DNA of 64,000 nucleotides from an uncultured Rivularia sp. (GTDB lineage: Bacteria > Cyanobacteriota > Cyanobacteriia > Cyanobacteriales > Nostocaceae). The translations under genes were made by a program, and so were the position numbers. Below, piece after piece: positions 56,947 through 64,000 of this stretch (positions are counted from its first letter, which is position 1; every line of letters starts with the position of its first letter). The notes under the pieces were generated by a model that had not been told where the DNA came from, made no database searches, and saw nothing but the letters and a program-made list of their open reading frames with translations. Where the stretch lies: contig OY762007.1 in assembly GCA_963665115.1 (NCBI GenBank), forward strand, positions 864,001-928,000. The letters run 5' to 3'.

Positions 56947-57222
56947 ATGCCACAAGAATTGCCAAATATGGAAAAATCAAAAACTTACCAACCCACTCCA
57001 GAACAATTAGCAAGGTGGAAGCGTCTTGACGAAAATGATGGAGCTATTGCCGGACTATTGCCACCGGAAGAAGAACAGGCTCAAATTGTTAAAGAGTTCT
57101 TGAATACAGATTACGTAGCAGGACAGCTTGAGAAGGTACGTTCTCACAAAGCAAAACTTTTGAAAAAACTGAAATCTGCTGAAGAATACGAACAGTTATT
57201 GCTTGAAGAGCAGCAGAAATAA
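56947..57222 (+). CDS. Small hypothetical protein (possible GNAT partner)
   Basis: 91-aa charged, probably helical ORF, 15 bp after the GNAT stop. Confidence 0.65.
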   Translation: MPQELPNMEKSKTYQPTPEQLARWKRLDENDGAIAGLLPPEEEQAQIVKEFLNTDYVAGQLEKVRSHKAKLLKKLKSAEEYEQLLLEEQQK

Positions 57223-57325
57223 GATTGAAGTATCAAAAAAACCTGGAATTGCTTGTAAAGCTTTAACCAGTCAATTGTAGAATTTTAGATATTTCCCAAT
57301 CCCCAATTCCCAATTTACAATTTTT

Positions 57326-57985
57326 ATGATTGAAGCTGTAATTTTCGATATGGATGGTTTGTTGATTGATTCCGAACCATTATGGCAACAGGCAGAAATC
57401 ACTATATTCAAACAAGTTGATATCATTCTTATTCCTTCTATGTGTCTGCAAACCAAAGGGTTGAGAATTGATGAAGTTGTAGAATATTGGTACAAAAAAT
57501 ATCCTTGGGATAAATTATCCAAACTGCAAGTTCAAGAGGCAATTGTTGATAAATTAATTGAGTTTATTTATACTCAAGGTAAGGCTTTAGCTGGAGTTGA
57601 GGATGCCATTAATTTTGTCAAAGCTAAAAATATCAAAGTTGCTTTAGCTTCTTCTTCTTCATATAAAATTATCAATGCTGCTTTGGAAAAACTAAATATA
57701 GCTGATGATTTTGAAATAATTTATTCGGCTGAATCGGAAACTTTGGGAAAACCTCATCCCGGTGTTTATCTTACCACGGCTGAAAAACTTGGTGTATCTC
57801 CTCAAAATTGTTTGGCTTTGGAAGATTCCCTCAATGGAGTATTAGCCGCAAAAGCCGCCCAAATGAAATGTATCGCTATCCCAGAAGTGTCAGAATACCA
57901 TAACCCAAAGTTCGCGATCGCCGATATGGTTTTGGAGTCTCTAGAGCAGTTAGATGATAATATTTGGGATTATATTAATTCGTAA
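57326..57985 (+). CDS. HAD phosphatase (HxpB/YniC-like)
   Basis: FDMDGLLIDSEPLW, ALASSS, KPHPGVY and LEDSLNG. Confidence 0.9.
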   Translation: MIEAVIFDMDGLLIDSEPLWQQAEITIFKQVDIILIPSMCLQTKGLRIDEVVEYWYKKYPWDKLSKLQVQEAIVDKLIEFIYTQGKALAGVEDAINFVKAKNIKVALASSSSYKIINAALEKLNIADDFEIIYSAESETLGKPHPGVYLTTAEKLGVSPQNCLALEDSLNGVLAAKAAQMKCIAIPEVSEYHNPKFAIADMVLESLEQLDDNIWDYINS

Positions 57986-58104
57986 TTGATTAATTGTTCT
58001 CTTCTATTTTAGAAATCAAAAAATATCAGTCTTATTTATATTTATAAGACTTCTGCTATTAGCGAGCGCGTTTGCAACCCTGGGTGGATTATGGTTAAGC
58101 AACT

Positions 58105-58657
58105 ATGTACGAACATCTAGAACCTTTAAAGACAAAATTATTAATTCTAAAAATTGAAAAACCACCATCACCGTGGCAGCTTAAAACCGTTATTCCTGTA
58201 GGTGGATTATGTTCGGTGGGCTTTGATAGAGATACAGAGAATTTATTAATAGTATCCCATCAGGGTCGAGGTGTGGTTGATTGTTCGACTGGTGATAAAA
58301 CTGCGAGAGACTACGAAGATTATTACGAGAATCAATATCTTGAAGCTGAAGGCATTGGTTGTTTAAGAGGTAAAATTATTAGAATGGCTGGTATTAATGG
58401 TGGTGGTTTACCAACATCTACTGAAGACGATTGGTGCTTAGAATTAGTGACAATTAATTTTCCAGAAGAGATGATTTTACTGGTAGAAACCGGGTTCCGA
58501 TTTGTACGGTATTACTTATAATCGATCGGATAATTTTACCAAGATTGAACAACGAGAATCTATAAGAGCATACGGTTTTTCCTATACGGGTAACTCATTT
58601 ATGATTGCTACTAGCAGCGATTTAATAATCTATAATCGTTCCAATAAATTATCGTAG
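58105..58657 (+). CDS. Hypothetical protein; +1 frameshift near 58487-58489
   Basis: After removing one base the reading continues EPGSDLYG...IRAYGFSYTGNSFMIATSSDLIIYNRSNKLS*; beta-rich sequence. Confidence 0.7.
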
Positions 58658-58875
58658 TGCGTTAGCGTTCACGCGGAGCGTGCGGCTCAGCGTGTCTGAA
58701 AGACAAGCATCTTGCTCGCTAGAAGTAAATAAATCTTGCTCGCTAGGTATTATTTAAATATTCTCTTGCTTTAAATGATTTCGTTCAATTTTCTAGATAA
58801 TGTTGGGTTGTGCCAAAGGCACACCTAGCGGTGAACGTTCCTCTACCCAACCTACAAACTCAAAACTAAACCAAA

Positions 58876-58940
58876 TTAGGGGCAATATCCTTATAATTAC
58901 TAATACATTGCATCAGCAATCATAAGGATATCACCCCTAA
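58876..58940. terminator. Long hairpin downstream of heme oxygenase
   Basis: ttaggggcaatatccttat...ataaggatatcacccctaa inverted repeat. Confidence 0.6.
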
Positions 58941-58978
58941 AAATTAATTATTCAAGATTCCAATCTTACAATCTAATC

Positions 58979-59701
58979 TTAATCAGCAGTTGCTAATCCG
59001 GTTTCGTTATTACCACGATTGCGACGACGAGTAAGGGTATTGAACAACATTTGCCCAATCGCTTTAATCAAATTACCTTCCAACTCTTGGAACATTTTCA
59101 TGTTCATCCCAAAAGCTGCGTTTGCTTCATCAACAATTTTATCTGCTGTTGCTTCGTCGATGGGCATCTCATCTAAAGCTTGACGGTATTTTGCTTTAAA
59201 TGCTTTTTCGTCGTCAATCTCATCGAATTCGTAGAAAGCAATGCCTTCTCCTTCGTTGAGATTCATTGCTGTTTGAGCAATATTTTTCAAAATTTGTCCG
59301 CCGGATAAGTCACCCAAGTAGCGAGTATAGGAATGCGCTACTAATAATTCGGGTTCGTTTTGCGATACTTCGCGGATGCGATTTACGTATGCTTCTCCCG
59401 CTGGTGATAACTTTATTTGTTCGCGCCAGTTTGCACCGTAATAATAGCTAAGGTCTTGTTCTAAACTATGCTTTCTATAGAGTTCCTTGAAGTCAATTTT
59501 AGAAACAACTGGGTGGTTAGCGTGTTTTTCCAACTCTTCTTCCATCGCACTGTAAGCGTAGTAAAAGTTGGCAACTAATTTACGATAAGAATTTTTTTCA
59601 ACGACTCCTTTTAAAAAGCACTTAACAAAACCAACGTTTTCTGCCATTGTGTGGGCTTTTTTGGTGCCTACACGTAATTTGGTTGCTAAATTGCTACTCA
59701 T
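58979..59701 (-). CDS. ho1: Heme oxygenase (biliverdin-producing)
   Basis: LRVGTKKAHTMAENVGF, HSYTRYLGDLSGGQIL and EANAAFGMNM. Confidence 0.95.
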   Translation of the reverse strand: MSSNLATKLRVGTKKAHTMAENVGFVKCFLKGVVEKNSYRKLVANFYYAYSAMEEELEKHANHPVVSKIDFKELYRKHSLEQDLSYYYGANWREQIKLSPAGEAYVNRIREVSQNEPELLVAHSYTRYLGDLSGGQILKNIAQTAMNLNEGEGIAFYEFDEIDDEKAFKAKYRQALDEMPIDEATADKIVDEANAAFGMNMKMFQELEGNLIKAIGQMLFNTLTRRRNRGNNETGLATAD

Positions 59702-59894
59702 GCTAAATTTCTCAACAATAAAAAGGTTAACTATTCTAGTGGTCGTTTCAAAGTATGAAGTTTTAAGTGAGTGGAAGCTCCTAGAAGCTAGCTTGCAGTA
59801 GGTAAACGGAAGTTACAACGAGAATAAGATCCTCAATCCTAACTTATTTGCAACGATTCACCACTGAGCGCATCAATACTTAACTTCCTTCATC

Positions 59895-59909
59895 TGTAAC
59901 TGTGCATAC
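59895..59909. promoter_or_regulatory. Candidate NtcA site upstream of ho1
   Basis: TGTA-actgtgca-TAC (GTA-N8-TAC), about 195 bp upstream of the start. Confidence 0.35.
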
Positions 59910-60518
59910 TGGAAACAACTACTAAAAGGTAACATTAGAGCCAATTGATGATAATTTCTATTAAAATTTCTTAAGCATATTCTGTCTTGTCGGTTTCAAC
60001 ACTACGATACACAAATTATGTCGATTTCAAAAAGATTGTACTTTTGTTAATTTTTATTACAAAAGCTTAATTAATCGTATGGATGTTGGTCTTTTTTATC
60101 AAGCTTCTAGTTTGCAACAGTATTTTTTTTGAAAAAAACTACGTGTTAATTCTAGTGTGAAAAGATACAGGTAATTGGTATCTCATTCCTGATTAGAATA
60201 AGCTTTGAAATATATTAGAAGCATAATTTATAGAAATAATATAATTAACTTAGAAATGACTTTAAACTTACTTTAAATGCTCTTTAAACAAGTTTTTAAT
60301 CCTATCAGGGATAATACTGACTTGATTGAATCTTCATATTTGCTTGATAGAATTCATAAGTATGTTTGCTCAAAAGTACCTAAATTAGAATAAATTTATA
60401 GAGAGAAAAATAAAAAAGGTATATTAAACAGTCCTGATGGAAAGGTATTCAATAGGAATTGTTCAATCAAGTATAAAGTGTTATTCTCCTGTGTGAGTGT
60501 GTGGAGCTTTGTAAAGTT

Positions 60519-61994
60519 ATGGTATCATTTGTAACTAGAAGTCGCGGTGGTATTCGTGAGGACTCTGCTGGTGAGGCTAATGGATGGAAAAAAGCCTCTG
60601 CAAGCGGTTTTGGGCAGAATTCGTTGGTGCTGCCGAAATCTCCTCTATTCGGTACTGATGGAATTCGTGGAAAAGTTGGCGGATTGTTGAGCGCACCTTT
60701 GGCATTGCAGGTGGGCTTTTGGACGGGTATTGTGTTGCGTAGTCGTGCGGCTAATCTTGGCCCCGTGATTCTCGGACAAGACTCTCGTAATTCTAGCGAT
60801 ATGCTGGCAATGGCTTTGAGTGCTGGGTTGACCGCCGCTGGATTAGAAGTGTGGTATTTAGGCTTATGTCCTACCCCTTGCGTTGCTTATCTTAGTAGCA
60901 TTACTGATGCGGTGGGTGGAGTAATGATTTCTGCCAGCCATAATCCACCAGAAGACAACGGCATTAAAATTTTTGGTGCTGATGGTATTAAGCTATCCAA
61001 AGCATTACAGCAAGAGATTGAAGCGGGTTTGCGCGGTCAAGCATCACCTGCGGTCAGTATAAGTAACTGCGGACGGCATTACTCGCGTCCGGAGTTGATA
61101 CAAGAATATGCCCAAATATTAAAACAGCCGCTGCATGGAAATGTAAATCTCCAAGGAATGAAAGTTGTTTTAGATTTAGCGTGGGGAGCAGCAGTCGGTT
61201 TAGCACCTTCTGTATTTACACAGTTAGGCGCAGAAGTTATTTCCCTGCATAATGAAGCAGATGGCGATCGCATCAATGTAGATTGCGGTTCGACTCATCT
61301 AGGTATTTTGCGGGCATCTGTAAAAGAAAACAATGCCGACTTGGGCTTTGCATTCGATGGTGATGCAGACAGAGTATTGGCAGTAGACAATACCGGAAGA
61401 GAGATTAACGGCGATTACATTCTTTATCTTTGGGGTAAGTCTTTACAGCAGGAACAAGAATTACCGGATAATTTGATTGTTTCTACCGTAATGGCTAATT
61501 TAGGCTTTGAAAGAGCGTGGAACCGAGTCGGCGGTAAATTTACACGTACCGCAGTTGGGGATCGACACGTACAGGCGGAAATGCTGCGGGCTGGCGGAAT
61601 GTTAGGAGGCGAACAATCCGGTCATATTCTTTGCCGTCATTACGGCATAACTGGAGATGGTTTGTTAACTGCTTTGCACATAGCAACTTTGGTACATCAA
61701 GCAGACGTACCTTTGTCCGAAATGGTAAATCAAAGCTTTACAACTTATCCGCAATTATTGCATAACGTGCGAGTAGAAGATAGAGAAAAGCGGGTAAATT
61801 GGAAAGACTGTCAACCTTTACAACAAGCTATTTCCCGTGCCGAGACAGCAATGGGTAATTCTGGTAGAGTATTAGTTCGCGCTTCAGGTACGGAACCTTT
61901 AATCCGAGTAATGGTAGAAGCCGAAGCGGCCGATCTTGTTAACCACTGGACAAAACAATTGGTTGATGTAGTGCAGCAGAATTTGGCAGCATAG
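60519..61994 (+). CDS. glmM: Phosphoglucosamine mutase
   Basis: [31 protein letters not shown] and VRASGTEP. Confidence 0.93.
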   Translation: MVSFVTRSRGGIREDSAGEANGWKKASASGFGQNSLVLPKSPLFGTDGIRGKVGGLLSAPLALQVGFWTGIVLRSRAANLGPVILGQDSRNSSDMLAMALSAGLTAAGLEVWYLGLCPTPCVAYLSSITDAVGGVMISASHNPPEDNGIKIFGADGIKLSKALQQEIEAGLRGQASPAVSISNCGRHYSRPELIQEYAQILKQPLHGNVNLQGMKVVLDLAWGAAVGLAPSVFTQLGAEVISLHNEADGDRINVDCGSTHLGILRASVKENNADLGFAFDGDADRVLAVDNTGREINGDYILYLWGKSLQQEQELPDNLIVSTVMANLGFERAWNRVGGKFTRTAVGDRHVQAEMLRAGGMLGGEQSGHILCRHYGITGDGLLTALHIATLVHQADVPLSEMVNQSFTTYPQLLHNVRVEDREKRVNWKDCQPLQQAISRAETAMGNSGRVLVRASGTEPLIRVMVEAEAADLVNHWTKQLVDVVQQNLAA

Positions 61995-62282
61995 AGAATT
62001 TGACGAATTTAGACTGGTAAAGCAGGGATAGTTGTTAGTTGTTAGTAGTTAATAGGTGGGGAACAGGCAACAGCAGACCCTACCCCACAAGGCGCAAGGG
62101 AGCCGACCAACATTGTATCGTTAGTTCTTTGTTCTTTTTTTATCCTTATCGACTAACTAGACTAACGAATACAATGTAGTAATGTTAGCTTTCGGATATC
62201 ATCGACCAACGACTATCTACTAACTACTATCTACTATCTACCAACCATCTTTAATTTACTAATCTAAAGTCTTAAATTTAAT

Positions 62283-63986
62283 ATGCTCAAGTCCAAGGGT
62301 AAAAAAAATAAGAATACAAAAAATAAGAATAAAAAAAAGCAGTCGAAAAAAGAACAGCCAAAACTCACTATCAAAGAGAAGTTAGCGCAAAAACGCAAGG
62401 CAACAAGAGCTAAGAAAGAACTGATAGACCTACTTTCCAAAGCTGGAGGAGTAGGTCTTGTTTTAGGGATTGCGGCATTTTTTGCTGGAGGAATCAAATT
62501 AGCCCTCCCTGCAACGATGGGAGTGATAGTACTAGCGCTTTCTTATAAATATCCCCGTCAAGCTTTGTTCGGGTTTATTTTCTACGTTCCGTTTGCAGGT
62601 ACGGTAACTTATCTGCTTGGTGGAAATGCGATACTTCAATTAGCAAAAGATGGCTTTTACGTTCCGGCAGCTTTGGCACTGTGGCAAAAATGCCGCAAGC
62701 AGAATTTACCTTTCATAATCCCGTCAGATATTAAAAAACCATTATTTATTTTATTGGGCTTATGTATTTGTACGCTGTTGTTTATCAATGGAATGCAACA
62801 GTTTAACCCACCTCCTCCACCGCTGTTTAAAACACCACCGAAGTCAATGCCGCTAGGGATGGGCATTCTGGGACTCAAGGTATTTATGGGTTACATACCC
62901 TTAATGACCTGTGCTTATTATTTAATTCGCAACAAAAAAGATTTTCTGTTTGTATCGAGAGTCCAAGTTATCCTCATACTCGTTTGCTGTTTGCTCGGAG
63001 TTGTGCAATATGCATTATTAGTTGTGGGTATCTGTCCGGGGACTCGTGGGGCTGTAGGAGTTGACTTATTTAAGGCAACATTATCCGCTCGATGCTTTAT
63101 TGGTGGTGCTTTGGTTTTCAGTCCCAGTCAAGGGATGATTAGGCTACCAGGTACCTTTGTAGCACCTTGGCAGTGGGCATGGTTTTTAATATCAAGCACC
63201 TTCTTCACCTTCGGTACTGGCTTCAGCGATCCTTCTGCAAAATGGAGGATAGTTGGTTTGCTTTCTTTAGCAGCAGTATTTGTCAATGCTGTAATTTCCG
63301 GACAAAGAATTGCTTTAGCATTAGTACCTGTTTGCTTAGTATTACTGCTATTGCTTACAGGTCAATTTGCCAACCTCAAGCGATTCGTTCCTATTTTCGG
63401 GGGATTAGTTTTGGTTTTGACAATTGCGATCGCCAGCAATCCCGCAGTTGTCCAAGAAAGACTTGATAGCTTTATTGACCGTTGGAATGCTTCGCCACCT
63501 TACGAATTTATCACCCAGCAATTTGAGGAAGTCGCTCACAATACCAAAAACCCATTAGGAAACGGTTTGGGAAAAGCGACCAACTCTGCGAGGATAATGG
63601 GACCAACCAAACTAGTAGAAACATACTATCCAAAAGTCATGTATGAAATAGGAATTTTGGGAGTATTAGGGTTTTTAGTCTTAGTCACTACCCTAACAAT
63701 TACTGGCTTCAAAACTTACCGTAAAGTAAAAAACCGTAATTTCCGTGGTTACGGAGCAGCTTTATGGGTGTTTATATTGTTTATAAGTTACAACACCTAC
63801 TACTATCCTTTAGATGTTGACCCTGTTGCTGTTTACTACTGGTTTTTCGCAGGAGTGCTTTTCAAACTGCCAGAAATAGACAAGCTAGAGAGACTTAAAG
63901 AGGAGCAAAAAGAGGTAATTGATGTATCCGCTGAAGTATCTACTAAAACTAAACGCAAACGCAAGATTGTAGAAAACCCACTGTGA
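62283..63986 (+). CDS. hpsL: Hormogonium polysaccharide biosynthesis protein HpsL-like (O-antigen ligase/polymerase fold)
   Basis: Lys-rich N-terminus (KEKLAQKRKA), multi-TM, RLPGTFVAPWQW and YNTYYYPLDVDPV. Confidence 0.8.
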   Translation: MLKSKGKKNKNTKNKNKKKQSKKEQPKLTIKEKLAQKRKATRAKKELIDLLSKAGGVGLVLGIAAFFAGGIKLALPATMGVIVLALSYKYPRQALFGFIFYVPFAGTVTYLLGGNAILQLAKDGFYVPAALALWQKCRKQNLPFIIPSDIKKPLFILLGLCICTLLFINGMQQFNPPPPPLFKTPPKSMPLGMGILGLKVFMGYIPLMTCAYYLIRNKKDFLFVSRVQVILILVCCLLGVVQYALLVVGICPGTRGAVGVDLFKATLSARCFIGGALVFSPSQGMIRLPGTFVAPWQWAWFLISSTFFTFGTGFSDPSAKWRIVGLLSLAAVFVNAVISGQRIALALVPVCLVLLLLLTGQFANLKRFVPIFGGLVLVLTIAIASNPAVVQERLDSFIDRWNASPPYEFITQQFEEVAHNTKNPLGNGLGKATNSARIMGPTKLVETYYPKVMYEIGILGVLGFLVLVTTLTITGFKTYRKVKNRNFRGYGAALWVFILFISYNTYYYPLDVDPVAVYYWFFAGVLFKLPEIDKLERLKEEQKEVIDVSAEVSTKTKRKRKIVENPL

Positions 63987-64000
63987 GGGAGATGGGGGGG

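Noticed and set aside
830..63466. Short antisense or overlapping ORFs in the track (e.g. 830..1207, 17016..17420, 22788..23147, 54574..54837, 54673..54990, 63167..63466)
   Set aside because: Shadow frames of well-supported genes with no independent coding evidence.

Overview
AT-rich chromosome segment from a heterocyst-forming (Nostocales-type) cyanobacterium. The assignment rests on psbB/psbT, many HIP1 (GCGATCGC) octamers, heptamer STRR arrays and a complete heterocyst envelope polysaccharide (HEP) island. Gene order: bchH-type Mg-chelatase H (runs off the left edge); a cell-wall amidase; the HEP island on the minus strand (rfbF, lhgO-like, SDR, rfbC, SAF oxidoreductase, GT4, PIG-L, GT4, wzc, hepC, hepA, five glycosyltransferases, O-antigen ligase-like; about 4.5-27.2 kb); a repeat/MITE hotspot; a vWA-PP2C-kinase (TerY-P-like) triad whose kinase has a TM helix and TPRs; divergent PatA-like and CheY regulators; pheT; YciI; a NACHT-HEAT protein next to a PhoD-like phosphatase; a small accessory island in which each gene is bounded by palindromic repeats; a peptide ABC transporter; psbB-psbT-rps1; cobW; a GNAT plus small ORF pair that follows a truncated gene; a HAD phosphatase; a hypothetical gene; heme oxygenase; glmM; hpsL. 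Eleven genes, including pheT and rps1, are split by one extra base, mostly placeable in a short homopolymer run, which most likely reflects sequencing error. I found no rRNA, tRNA, CRISPR array or transposase. The best leads for undescribed biology are the receptor-like TerY-P triad tied to the HEP island, the GNAT-small ORF pair, the PhoD-NACHT pair and the repeat-bounded gene island. All product calls come from motif recognition; no database search was run.
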